Source: Thermoanaerobaculia bacterium | GTDB lineage: Bacteria > Acidobacteriota > Thermoanaerobaculia > Multivoradales > JAHZIX01 | Assembly: GCA_027069135.1 (NCBI GenBank) | Contig: JALXFE010000073.1 | Location: forward strand, 16,629 to 80,628 | Length of the DNA stretch: 64,000 bases | Reading direction: 5' to 3' | Shown here: piece by piece, positions 15,408 to 25,000 of the stretch | How positions within the stretch are numbered: position 1 is the stretch's first letter | How the letters are laid out: every line of letters starts with the position of its first letter | Notes under the pieces: generated by a model | What the model was told of the DNA's origin: nothing | Database searches by the model: none | What the model saw: only the letters and a program-made list of their open reading frames with translations | Made by a program: the position numbers and the translations under genes

Positions 15408-17471
15408 ATGCGTTTCAGGTCACTGCTTTCTCAATTCCCCGCCAAGGCGTTCTTGACCACCTTGGCGACTGTAGCGATCCTCCTCCCGAATCCGGCTCAG
15501 GCGAGCGGTGAAGTCTGGGAAGCCTTGCAAGGAGAGGCCTCGGCACAGCCGGCGGATCCCTGGATCGAAGCGAGCGCTTACCGGGCTTTCCGCCTGGATT
15601 GGGGGCCCTTGGAAGGTGTGCTGGCGCGGGCGCCGGAGGAGGGGCGGACCGCTGCCGACGGCGGCGATGTCGTCTTGCGGCTGCCGCTGCCGGACGGACG
15701 CTTCGAGAGCTTCTCGATCGAGAATTCACCCATTATGGAAGAGGGGTTGGCGCGGAAATTTCCTCAGTTGAGGACCTTTCGAGGCTTGGGGCTCGATGAT
15801 CCGAGCGCTCTCGTCCGTTTCGACGTCACCCCCCATGGGTTTCACGCCATGATCCTGCGGGCCGGGGAGACGGTGTTCATCGATCCTTGGGAGCAGGGGG
15901 ATCGACAACGCTACATCAGCTACTTCAAGAGCGCGGCTGTGCCCCGTCCCGGGAATACCTTTACCTGCGGATTTGAAGCCGGGGAGCTCGGGGAGCCTTT
16001 GGGCTCTCGGGATCGGGGAGAGTCCCCTCGCGTGCCGTCGGGCACGAATCTGCGCACCTATCGCCTGGCGCTTGCCGCCACCGGCGAGTACACCGCTTTC
16101 CACGGCGGCACCGTTGGCGATGGAATGGCTGCCATCGTGACGGCGATGAATCGAGTCAACGGAATCTATGAGCGGGACGTCGCGATTCGCATGACCTTAA
16201 TCGCCAACAACGACCTGGTGGTCTATACAAACGGTGGCACGGACCCTTATTCAAACAACAGCGGCGGTGCCATGCTGGGGCAGAATCAGACCAATCTGGA
16301 CAATGTCATCGGTTCCGCCAACTACGATATCGGCCATGTATTTAGCACCGGCGGCGGTGGTGTCGCCAACTTGGGGGTTCCCTGCCGCGCCGGGGCCAAG
16401 GCCCGGGGCGTCACCGGCCTAAGCTCTCCGGTAGGAGACCCCTTCTACGTCGATTTCGTGGCCCACGAGATGGGGCATCAATGGGGTGGAACCCATACCT
16501 TCAACGGAACGACGGGCAGTTGCTCGGGGGGTAACCGCACGGGTTCTACGGCCTACGAGCCCGGCAGCGGGACGACCATCATGGCCTACGCGGGGATTTG
16601 CGGTAGCCAGGATATCCAGAACAATAGCGATGACGACTTTCACATCGCGAGCATCGATCAGATCGTGGCCTACTCGACCGCCGGTTCCGGGAACGGCTGC
16701 CCGGTGACGACAGCCACGGGAAATACGATTCCGACGGTCGATGCCGGTGCCAACTTCACGGTCCCCGCCAACACTCCCTTCGAGCTCTGCGGCACCGCCT
16801 CGGATCCGGATGCTGGCGCCCTCCTGACCTACGATTGGGAAGAGTTCGACCTTGGCCCCGCCGGTGCTCCCAATTCACCGGTAGGCGACGCGCCGATCTT
16901 CCGTTCCTTCGTCTCGACCACGAATCCTTGTCGGACCTTTCCCCGATCCCAGGACCTGCTCAACAACACCCAAACGCTCGGCGAGCTGCTGCCCGCCGTC
17001 TCGCGGACCATGACCTTCCGGCTGACCGCGCGGGATAACCAGCCCGGCGGTGGTGGGGTGGACCATGACAGCATGTCCCTTTCCGTCGCGGGCGGCGCCG
17101 GCCCGTTCTTGGTCACCGCCCCCAACACTGCCCTGAGTTGGCCCGGCGCCAGCTCCCAGACCGTCAGCTGGGATACCGCCGGGACGGCGGCAGCGCCGGT
17201 GTCCTGCGCCATGGTCGACATCCTCCTGTCATCGGACGGCGGCCTGACTTTCCCGCAGACCCTGCTTGCTGGCACCGCCAACGATGGGACTGAGATAGTG
17301 ACGGTTCCCAACGGACCGATCGCTGCGGCTCGGATCCGAGTCCAATGCACCGGCAATGTCTTTTTCGACGTCTCCGACGCGAATTTCGAGATCACTTTCA
17401 GCGGAGATCCCATTTTTTCCGATGGCTTCGAATCCGGGGATACCAGTGCCTGGTCTGCGACCTCCCCGTGA
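15408..17471 (+). CDS. Secreted reprolysin-like (M12B) zinc metallopeptidase with a C-terminal IFSDGFESGD motif
   Basis: Signal peptide; prodomain Cys (FTCG); LRTYRLALAATGEY; zinc site AHEMGHQWGGTH; EPGSGTTIMAYAGIC Met-turn. Start taken at 15408. Confidence 0.92.
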   Translation: MRFRSLLSQFPAKAFLTTLATVAILLPNPAQASGEVWEALQGEASAQPADPWIEASAYRAFRLDWGPLEGVLARAPEEGRTAADGGDVVLRLPLPDGRFESFSIENSPIMEEGLARKFPQLRTFRGLGLDDPSALVRFDVTPHGFHAMILRAGETVFIDPWEQGDRQRYISYFKSAAVPRPGNTFTCGFEAGELGEPLGSRDRGESPRVPSGTNLRTYRLALAATGEYTAFHGGTVGDGMAAIVTAMNRVNGIYERDVAIRMTLIANNDLVVYTNGGTDPYSNNSGGAMLGQNQTNLDNVIGSANYDIGHVFSTGGGGVANLGVPCRAGAKARGVTGLSSPVGDPFYVDFVAHEMGHQWGGTHTFNGTTGSCSGGNRTGSTAYEPGSGTTIMAYAGICGSQDIQNNSDDDFHIASIDQIVAYSTAGSGNGCPVTTATGNTIPTVDAGANFTVPANTPFELCGTASDPDAGALLTYDWEEFDLGPAGAPNSPVGDAPIFRSFVSTTNPCRTFPRSQDLLNNTQTLGELLPAVSRTMTFRLTARDNQPGGGGVDHDSMSLSVAGGAGPFLVTAPNTALSWPGASSQTVSWDTAGTAAAPVSCAMVDILLSSDGGLTFPQTLLAGTANDGTEIVTVPNGPIAAARIRVQCTGNVFFDVSDANFEITFSGDPIFSDGFESGDTSAWSATSP

Positions 17472-17551
17472 GGTCTCCGGCGATCGAGTCCCCGGCATGA
17501 CCAGATGGTAGACTCCGCCGAGTTGTCAAAATATCGCTACGGGGGAACGAG

Positions 17552-19252
17552 ATGCTGAGCTTTTTGGAGCGCCTCGCGGAGGCAATTTCTGCAATTTTTT
17601 CGACCTATCTGGAGCCCATCGCCTCGTTTCTCGAGGGCTACGTCTGGAATTGGCCGTCCTCGGCGCCGCTCCTGGCAGTCGTCCTTCTGGGCACCGGGCT
17701 CTTCGTCACACTACGGCTGGCTTTCGTCCAGGTGCGGGGCTTCAAGCATGCCCTCGATATCACCCGGGGCAAATATGACAACCCGGAAGACGCTGGGGAC
17801 CTCAAGCATTATCAGGCCCTGACCACGGCCCTCTCCGCCACCGTCGGCATCGGAAATATTGCCGGCGTGGCCCTGGCCATCCGCATGGGCGGCCCCGGCG
17901 CTCTCTTCTGGATGTGGGTGACAGCGTTCTTCGGAATGGCTCTGAAATTCGCCGAGTGCACCCTGGCCCTGCGTTTTCGCAAGGTGCATGCGGACGGCTC
18001 CGTCTCCGGTGGTCCCATGTACTACATCGAGCTCGGCCTGGGGAAGAGCTGGAAGTGGATGGCCATGACCTTCGCGGGCCTGGCGGCGATCTGCTCCTTC
18101 GGCAGCGGCAATATGAACCAGAGCAACACCATGGCGGTGTTGATGGAAGGGGATTTCAACGTGCCGCGAGTGGCGACGTCGTTGATCTTCGCGGCGGTGG
18201 TGGCCATGGTGATCATCGGCGGCATCAAACGCATCGGCCGGGTAACGTCGTTTCTGGCTCCGTCGATGGCCGCCCTCTATGTCCTCGGCGCCCTGATCAT
18301 CCTCATGATCAATTATCGGGAGATCCCCTCCGGCGTGGCCCTGATCTTCAGTCAAGCCTTCGCTCCGGAACCCTTGGTCGGCGGCGGCGTCGCCTCCTTT
18401 CTCATGACCCTCATGTGGGGGGTCCGACGAGGATTGTTCAGCAACGAGGCCGGCCAGGGCTCCGCCCCCATCGCCCATGCCACCGCCAAGACGACGGAGC
18501 CGGTACGGGAAGGTCTGGTGGCCTCTCTGGGTCCTTTCATCGATACCCTGGTGATCTGTACGATGACCGGATTGGTGATTGTCACCAGCGGCGCCTACAA
18601 AGACAAAGTGGAGCAGAATCTCGCGTCGGTCACAGCCCTCGAAGTGGTCATGGCCGACAGTGGGGCCTCGGATGGGGACATCATAGGTTTGAGGGAGAGT
18701 CGCACCGCTGGCACCGTGACGGTTCGCGACGGAGCCCTCGAGGGTGCACACCTGGTTCACATGGACGCTCTGGTGGCGAATGCCCGCTTGACGGACAGTG
18801 ACGGCAACGCCTGGAACGGCGTCCTCAACGTGGCGGCGAATGGCAGTATCTCGGCGGGGGAGAACGCACCGGTGGTCACCGGGGAAGCCCTTCATACCGG
18901 GGCGGAGCTGACCTCCTGGGCCTTCAAGAAGGGTCTGGGCAGCACCGGAGGCTTCATCGTGACCCTGGCGGTGCTGTTATTTGCCGTGTCCACGGCCATT
19001 TCCTGGTCCTATTACGGCGACCGGGCGACGGAGTATTTGCTCGGCAGCCGGTTCATCCCGATCTACCGCTGGGTATTCGTCTTCTTCTTCTTTCTCGGAG
19101 GGATCCTGCCCCTACGGGCGGTGTGGATTATGGGCGACGTAGCCCTGGGGTTGATGTCTTTTCCCAACCTGATCGCGTTGGTCTTGCTTTCCGGCGCGGT
19201 GGTGGGCATGAGCAAGGACTACTTCTCTCGGGAGCAAAAGCCCTATAAGTAG
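17552..19252 (+). CDS. Alanine/glycine:cation symporter (AGCS/AlsT family)
   Basis: ALSATVGIGNIAGVALAI, GGPGALFWMW, GGPMYYI, GVRRGLFSNEAGQGSAPIAHA, FIDTLVICTMT, SWSYYG. Confidence 0.95.
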   Translation: MLSFLERLAEAISAIFSTYLEPIASFLEGYVWNWPSSAPLLAVVLLGTGLFVTLRLAFVQVRGFKHALDITRGKYDNPEDAGDLKHYQALTTALSATVGIGNIAGVALAIRMGGPGALFWMWVTAFFGMALKFAECTLALRFRKVHADGSVSGGPMYYIELGLGKSWKWMAMTFAGLAAICSFGSGNMNQSNTMAVLMEGDFNVPRVATSLIFAAVVAMVIIGGIKRIGRVTSFLAPSMAALYVLGALIILMINYREIPSGVALIFSQAFAPEPLVGGGVASFLMTLMWGVRRGLFSNEAGQGSAPIAHATAKTTEPVREGLVASLGPFIDTLVICTMTGLVIVTSGAYKDKVEQNLASVTALEVVMADSGASDGDIIGLRESRTAGTVTVRDGALEGAHLVHMDALVANARLTDSDGNAWNGVLNVAANGSISAGENAPVVTGEALHTGAELTSWAFKKGLGSTGGFIVTLAVLLFAVSTAISWSYYGDRATEYLLGSRFIPIYRWVFVFFFFLGGILPLRAVWIMGDVALGLMSFPNLIALVLLSGAVVGMSKDYFSREQKPYK

Positions 19253-20136
19253 TCCCGGTGCAAGCGGTAGCCGAGGCATTTGTAGACCAGGCGGGCGGCG
19301 GTGAAGTCGCTGGCGTGAAGGCCGGCCTGGGGTGAGAGCTCGACGACGTCCATGGCCACTACCTCTTTGCCCACGAAGAGCTCCCGCAGGAGCCGCATCG
19401 TGGGCCACCATGTCCCTCCGCCGGGTTCCGGTGTTCCGGTTGCCGGGAGGAGGGACGGATCGAAGAAGTCCAGATCGAAAGTGAGATAAATCTTCCTCGG
19501 AAGGCGCTCCAGGGCGTCGCGCCAGATCTTGGCGGTGAGGCCTTCGAGCTCATGTCCCCAGATCACCGGCAGCCGACGCCGGTGGATCAGCTCCCGCTCT
19601 TCCCGTGAGATCGACCGAACACCCACCGCCAGAGTCTGGAGCCCGAGGTCTTCAACGATCCGGCGCATGACACAGGCGTGGCTGTTCGGAGATCTAAGGT
19701 ATGCGTCCCGAAGATCCCCGTGAGCGTCGAATTGCACGACGCCCAGGTCTTGGTGAAGGCCGGCGGCGGCCCGGACCGTTCCGAGGGTTAGACTGTGCTC
19801 ACCCCCCAACGTGACTAGAAATTTTCCGGCTTGGAGGTGGGGGAGGGCCGAGCTTTCGATCTCAGCGATGGCGGCCGCCATATCCTCGGACCGGGGGCGA
19901 AGGTAGGGCAAGGTATGGATCCCTTGCCGGTTGGGCTCCAGCCCCAACTCCTCGTCGTACCACTCGACCTGGTGAGAGGCTCGTAGGATTGCCGCGGGTC
20001 CTTCGGCGGTGCCTTTCCCATAGCTCGTGGTGCGCTCGAAGGGGATTGGAAGAATCACGCTCCCGCAGCGAGCGTAGTCTCGGTGCTCCTCTTCCAAGAA
20101 AGTGAGGTGGGTCGGCTCTGGAGCTTTGCCCGTCAT
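19243..20136 (-). CDS. speB: Agmatinase
   Basis: LGGEHSLT, QFDAHGDLRD, SHAC, TFDLDFFDPS..PATGTPEPGG, DVVEL; adjacent to an arginine decarboxylase. Confidence 0.93.
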   Translation of the reverse strand: MTGKAPEPTHLTFLEEEHRDYARCGSVILPIPFERTTSYGKGTAEGPAAILRASHQVEWYDEELGLEPNRQGIHTLPYLRPRSEDMAAAIAEIESSALPHLQAGKFLVTLGGEHSLTLGTVRAAAGLHQDLGVVQFDAHGDLRDAYLRSPNSHACVMRRIVEDLGLQTLAVGVRSISREERELIHRRRLPVIWGHELEGLTAKIWRDALERLPRKIYLTFDLDFFDPSLLPATGTPEPGGGTWWPTMRLLRELFVGKEVVAMDVVELSPQAGLHASDFTAARLVYKCLGYRLHRDYL

Positions 20137-20140
20137 AGGC

Positions 20141-20698
20141 TCACGGGAGGAGAACGGACGCGGCGATGACGGTGGTCCAGAGGCCGTCCTCGTTGCCTCT
20201 GGCGTGTTGGGTCAGGGCAGAGGTGCGAACGATCTGACCGGAGATCTTCCACAGCTCCCGTTTTTCGTCGTAGGAGCGGTCCGGATCGAAATCGACCCCG
20301 AGGGTGGTGGCAAGCATCGTCGCGGCGAGGTCTTCGGCATAGTCGCTGGCGGTACGAACGTTCTCACCGAAGGCGTGGTGCTCCGAGAGATAGCCGTATT
20401 GCTCCGGATCTCTGGGCTGGGCCACTCCCACGGAAGCCACCAGGTTGCGATAGGGCTCGTTGGTGGCGGCCTCGGCGACGACGCAGGGAACCACGGCCCC
20501 GGCGGGAAGGAGTTTTACTCCCTTGGACCTGGGGATGACCTTACAATGGGGGGGGAAGATGCTCGAGACGCGGATGATGTTGATGGCGGCGATGTCCGCG
20601 CTGCGCAGCGCCATCTCGAAGCTGGTGAGCTTCTCCCGATGGACGCCGACGCCCTTGGTCAAGAACATCTTGCTCGGCACGAATAGAAGACTCGTCAT
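20141..20698 (-). CDS. pdaD: Pyruvoyl-dependent arginine decarboxylase
   Basis: LTSFEMALRSADIAAINIIRVSSIFPP (Ser-Ser self-cleavage site), YGYLSEHH, AEDLAATMLATTLG, WTTVIAA. Confidence 0.92.
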   Translation of the reverse strand: MTSLLFVPSKMFLTKGVGVHREKLTSFEMALRSADIAAINIIRVSSIFPPHCKVIPRSKGVKLLPAGAVVPCVVAEAATNEPYRNLVASVGVAQPRDPEQYGYLSEHHAFGENVRTASDYAEDLAATMLATTLGVDFDPDRSYDEKRELWKISGQIVRTSALTQHARGNEDGLWTTVIAASVLLP

Positions 20699-20813
20699 GT
20701 GGATTCCTCCGATGGGCAGGACGAAAGCCCAGCGGTTCTAGCAGCCGCCGCGGAGCGATGTCAACGGAAACTTAGGAAATGGGCCTCCCACGAAGAGGCT
20801 GGGGAAACGGAAG

Positions 20814-21431
20814 ATGAGCATTGAAATGAATCGGCAACAGGCCTGGGAGACGGTTTGTGAATTCGTCAAGGATCCGGGCCTTCGGCGTCATATGGTGTCG
20901 GTCGAGGCGGCCATGCGAGCCTATGCGGAAGAATTGAAGGGGGATCCGGATCGGTGGGGGCTGGCGGGTCTCCTCCACGACTACGATTGGGAGATCCATC
21001 CGACCCTCGAGGGTCATCCCCGAGAGGGGGCCTCCCTTCTACGCGAGCGCGGCTGTCCGGAGGACGTCGTCCAGGCGATCTTGTCTCACAACACGGCGGG
21101 TACCGGTGTTGAGCGCAAGAGTGCGATGGATTTCGCTTTGCTGGCCTGTGACGAGATCACCGGGCTGATCATCGCTGCCACGTTGGTGCGGCCCCATAAG
21201 GACATCCGCAAGATTAAGGTCAAATCTATCAAGCGGAATTGGAAGGACCGCCTGTTCACGGCGGCGGTGAGTCGGGAGGAGGTCGCCGAAGCCGTCGAGG
21301 ATTTGAGCCGGGAACACTTCGACGGCAAATTGGAACTCTGGCAGCATACCGGCAGAGTTCTGGCCGCCATGCAGGGGATTGCCGAGGATTTGGGTCTCGA
21401 CGGCCGTCTGGCTTCCCCGGCTTCTTCATAG
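20814..21431 (+). CDS. HD-superfamily hydrolase (HDIG-type)
   Basis: LRRHMVSVEAAMR, GLLHDYDWE, AILSH, ACDEITGLI..LVRP. Confidence 0.85.
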   Translation: MSIEMNRQQAWETVCEFVKDPGLRRHMVSVEAAMRAYAEELKGDPDRWGLAGLLHDYDWEIHPTLEGHPREGASLLRERGCPEDVVQAILSHNTAGTGVERKSAMDFALLACDEITGLIIAATLVRPHKDIRKIKVKSIKRNWKDRLFTAAVSREEVAEAVEDLSREHFDGKLELWQHTGRVLAAMQGIAEDLGLDGRLASPASS

Positions 21432-21494
21432 GCCCTGCCTTCAGGGGCGAAAGCCTTGCAAGATCTCGGGACGACTTGCCGTCCTAAGAGATGA

Positions 21495-21528
21495 GAGCCT
21501 CCACACTCAGGTCGGAGGCTCCATTTTT
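21495..21528 (+). terminator. Putative intrinsic terminator after the HD gene
   Basis: Stem GAGCCTCC/GGAGGCTC (21495-21502 and 21514-21521) followed by cattttt. Confidence 0.5.
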
Positions 21529-21542
21529 CTTGGGAGGCGAGG

Positions 21543-22247
21543 ATGACCCAATCGATCTTGAAATTGGTGGATCTACCGGCCGAGGAGCGGCCGCGGGAGC
21601 GGCTCCTGGAGCACGGTGCCGCGACGTTGAGCGATGCTGAGCTACTAGCCGTTCTTCTGCGGACGGGAAAGCCGGGCAAACCGGTGTTGGAGTTCGCCCG
21701 CGAGCTCTTGGAGGAGCTATCCGGCCTGTCGGGATTCGAAGCGGTGAGCTATTCCGATCTTCGCCGCGAGGGCCTCGGGGCCGCAAAGGGTGCGGTCGTT
21801 TTGGCCGCCATCGAGTTGGGGCGGCGCCTGGCAGCGTCGAAGATCCCGAATCGGAAGATTCTCAGCCGCCCTTCCGCCGTAGCGAGCTACCTATGTCTGC
21901 GCTTCGCCCGCCGGGAACAAGAGGTCATGGGGGCTGTCTTTCTCGACGACCGCCACCGGATGGTGGGCTCAAAGGAGTTCTTTCGGGGCACTCGCACCCG
22001 CACTTCCGTCGAGCCGCGGGTGGTCTTGAAGGAAGCCTTGCTGCGCGGCGCCGACGGATTGTTGCTCTTCCACACTCATCCCAGCGGCGATCCGTCACCC
22101 AGTATCGAAGACCTGCTCTTCACTCGGCGCATGGTCCTGGCGGCCGACGTCCTGGGAATGACCCTCGTTGACCATATGATTCTCGGTTCTGCCGGCAGCT
22201 GGGTCTCCCTGCGCCAGCGAGGGGAGTGTGAGTTGCCGAAGGTCTAG
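21543..22247 (+). CDS. radC: RadC family JAB-domain protein
   Basis: ERPRERLLEHGAATLSDAELLAVLLRTG; GLGAAK HhH; JAB motif HTHPSGDPSPSIED; LVDHMI. Confidence 0.95.
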   Translation: MTQSILKLVDLPAEERPRERLLEHGAATLSDAELLAVLLRTGKPGKPVLEFARELLEELSGLSGFEAVSYSDLRREGLGAAKGAVVLAAIELGRRLAASKIPNRKILSRPSAVASYLCLRFARREQEVMGAVFLDDRHRMVGSKEFFRGTRTRTSVEPRVVLKEALLRGADGLLLFHTHPSGDPSPSIEDLLFTRRMVLAADVLGMTLVDHMILGSAGSWVSLRQRGECELPKV

Positions 22248-22296
22248 CCCGGTGAGATGCGGAGGATGTAGCTAAGTGGAGAAGGGTACGACGTAA

Positions 22297-22929
22297 GGGA
22301 AGGACGAAAGGGCCTCGGCGGCGCGGGCCCTAGCCCGGGCTGGGTGGATCCTGCGGGATTCTGGACGGTCGGAGGAAGTCCGCAAGATCCTCCTCCGTGC
22401 TTTGGGGCTTGAACCGGGAGATCGAGAATCGTTGCACCTCCTGGGAACCCTCGATGAAAAGCTCGGTGAATATGGCTCTGCTGTGCGCTTCTCTTCTCGG
22501 ATTCTGAAGATCGATCCGGAGGATTCGAGAGCGACGCTCCGCCTTGCCCTGACGCTAGCTCGGATGGGCGGCGGCAGAGGGGCGTGAGAGCATTCTTGAG
22601 AGATCCTGGAGGGCAAGACCTCGGGGCTGGAGACCGCCCTGTCCCTGCAATCATTCCTTTCGCCAACGGAGGTGGAGATCGAGTGGCATCATCTGTCGCG
22701 CTGCATCCGAGAAACCGGAGGACGCAGCTTGCAGGCGAACTCGCCCCAAGAGATCCGCAGCGCTCTCAAGGAAAACCTTCGGGAGCTTCAGGACCAATAT
22801 GCCTTGGGCTACTACCGCGAGCCTGTTGGAGGTGGCCGATGGCTTCCGCTGAAAGTGAAGGTGCATGGGGCGTGCCTCAATGTGCGAGCACCGGAAGGGT
22901 ATTACTCACTCGCCGTCGAAACTCCCTGA
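22297..22929 (+). pseudogene. Decayed TPR plus Acidobacterial VWA C-terminal fragment
   Basis: One frame gives TPR-like repeats (RALARAGWILRDSGRSEEVRKILLRALGLEPGD..LGEYGSAVRFSSRILKIDPED), two in-frame TGA (22585, 22597), then a VWA-family C-terminus (ETGGRS..LRELQDQYALGYY..LKVKV..VRAPEGYY). No plausible start; upstream stops at 22273 and 22294. Confidence 0.65.
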
Positions 22930-23062
22930 GGCTCCTGCGCCAGATGTTCTATCTTTCGAGCGTCGGCGAAATAACTGCCTTCACATAGGTTTGGAGGTCT
23001 GCTATAGTAAGAACGTGCATCTCTGAATTTTACTAGCTGCAGGCCCAGCGGTTGCAATTTTC

Positions 23063-25000
23063 TTGAAGGCTAGCCTGAAGGGAGATTTTCGAGAAATGGG
23101 GGGCGAGATGAGAAGGACGAGCACGGGGATTTCGACCAGTAACTTGGTCCGTACGGCCCTGGTATTATCAATCCTATGGATCCCGGCGGGAGTTCTTTGG
23201 GGTCAGGAGTCAGAAACTTCGCTCTATCGATTGAATCCAGAGAAGGGGGCGACTCTGGTAGCATCAGGCCAGTCGTTCGAGCGGAAACTCTTCAGCAGCT
23301 ACTGGTCTTGGTCTAAAGGAAGTAATGTCTATCTTGAGATTACGAATAATTCATCAATACCCCGCGCCGTCCAACCTGTACTGAGGATTTACGGAAGAGA
23401 AGAGGTTCAGCTGCCACGGATAGTCGTCGACTCAGGCAGCACCAGCCAGGTAGAGATCGGCCCAAGTGTGGCTAGTTTCTCAAACGATGGAATTTGGGGC
23501 TCGCTGGTCCTGACCGGGGACACGAGGGGCCTCATCGGGTGGGTAGTATCAGAGAATGTGGCAAGGAGATTCTCGATGACCAGCCGCCTGGTCCGGCCCA
23601 GCAGCGCCGGTCAATCCATCGTTGGCCATTGGTGGAGACCCAGCAATACCACGAAAGTTCTCGCAGTACTCCAAAATGTCTCAGAGTCGCAGGTAACTGC
23701 ACGCTGTTGGCAGCAGGCTGGAGGATCTACAAGAACCCCCATGTCTCCGATCTTGCTGCCTCCTTTCTCCTCTGCGGTAGTGGAAGTCCCGCACTCTCCC
23801 GTGTCTCCGCTCGGCACATCGAACCCAGGGACTGCAGGTGCTGTGAGGTGCGACTCAGAAGACGGCGAAGCTTCGCTGCTCGGTCGCACTCTGATGCTTG
23901 AGCCTAAGGTTGGTCTATCTCTCGCGGCCGAGATGAGTATTCTAGATCACAGGAGGTCTAGAATAGTGCAGATGGCCGGCGGACCAGGTGGCATTCCCGG
24001 AGAAAGTTGGGGGTGGCCAAGTGAGTCAATTTTTTCGACCGCGCTCGTACTGACTAATCACTCTTTAGAGCCCATGATGTTGATGCCCACAATGCATTGG
24101 TCCGATGGTAAAGGAGCCTTTCGAAGTGTAGCTGGATTCGGGATCGAGCTTGGAGCCGGGGAGATTCGCCTTCTTTCTAGTACCGACCTAAACCTCGTCG
24201 ACACTTTACCCGCCGATGGATTCTTTGCGCTGACAATTCAGCATACCGGAATGCCCAAGGATTTCAGTGCGACGGGATTCATCGCGGACAATGCCGGACG
24301 CTTCGCAATGGCATGCCCTGCTCTTGATACTGAGCTAGTAGGAACGCACAAATTCGCGATCAGTTTCGACCTCGATCGCGGACGGAATACACTATTGCTA
24401 CTTCGAAACGTGGCGGCCCGAAAGACCAATGCCAGATTCCTGGTTTCCTATACTGCTGAAGGTTTGCCACATTACTATTACTCCAGGGACTTCGTCCTCG
24501 AGCCCGGTGAGTTGAAGGTTGTCAATTTGAAGGAAATTCGGGAACGGGGGATTGAAGGAGCTAATGGCGAGATTCTGCCTTATTCTCTAATAAGGGGGAG
24601 CGTTATTGCCGGGGCCGATGATCCTGTTCTTCTCGGGGCAGATCCGACAATCGATCTTGATACCCAATCGATGAAACTTTGCGAGGAATACTGCTCCCAA
24701 GACTCGGCAGGGTACGGTATTCCTGGTTGTGCCGAGCCAGTGGGATTCGACTCAGTCATCATGGTTCATCCGAGCATCAACTACACTCTCGCCCTTAGCC
24801 AGCAGACGGCCTACGGCTCATGGGACTGCAGGTTCTCAGGCTGTGGGACTGGGAGATGTCAACGTGGCGGCTTCTGGGCACGTAATCGCCCCTATTGCCC
24901 TCTAGGAGTCCAAGGTATGGTCTTTAGCGTGAGTTGGCTCATCTTCGTCCGCTGCGAAGTGTTTGTGGTTCGGGAATTCTTCTCTCAACGTCCCTGCTAG
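23063..25000 (+). CDS. Hypothetical secreted protein with Cys-rich C-terminus
   Basis: Long ORF in a visibly more AT-rich stretch; signal-like LVRTALVLSILWIPAGVLWG (real start probably ATG 23096 or 23108); beta-rich body; at least 9 Cys in the last about 110 aa. No family recognised. Confidence 0.7.
   Translation: MKASLKGDFREMGGEMRRTSTGISTSNLVRTALVLSILWIPAGVLWGQESETSLYRLNPEKGATLVASGQSFERKLFSSYWSWSKGSNVYLEITNNSSIPRAVQPVLRIYGREEVQLPRIVVDSGSTSQVEIGPSVASFSNDGIWGSLVLTGDTRGLIGWVVSENVARRFSMTSRLVRPSSAGQSIVGHWWRPSNTTKVLAVLQNVSESQVTARCWQQAGGSTRTPMSPILLPPFSSAVVEVPHSPVSPLGTSNPGTAGAVRCDSEDGEASLLGRTLMLEPKVGLSLAAEMSILDHRRSRIVQMAGGPGGIPGESWGWPSESIFSTALVLTNHSLEPMMLMPTMHWSDGKGAFRSVAGFGIELGAGEIRLLSSTDLNLVDTLPADGFFALTIQHTGMPKDFSATGFIADNAGRFAMACPALDTELVGTHKFAISFDLDRGRNTLLLLRNVAARKTNARFLVSYTAEGLPHYYYSRDFVLEPGELKVVNLKEIRERGIEGANGEILPYSLIRGSVIAGADDPVLLGADPTIDLDTQSMKLCEEYCSQDSAGYGIPGCAEPVGFDSVIMVHPSINYTLALSQQTAYGSWDCRFSGCGTGRCQRGGFWARNRPYCPLGVQGMVFSVSWLIFVRCEVFVVREFFSQRPC

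Noticed and set aside
21543-22247. radC as marker of a prophage or ICE
   Set aside because: It is the full-length HhH+JAB chromosomal type, and no integrase, att repeats or phage genes were seen nearby.
22585-22599. TGA codons in the TPR-VWA relic as selenocysteine
   Set aside because: No Cys-type motif, no evident SECIS, no start codon, and the surrounding domain is deleted; treated as pseudogene stops.
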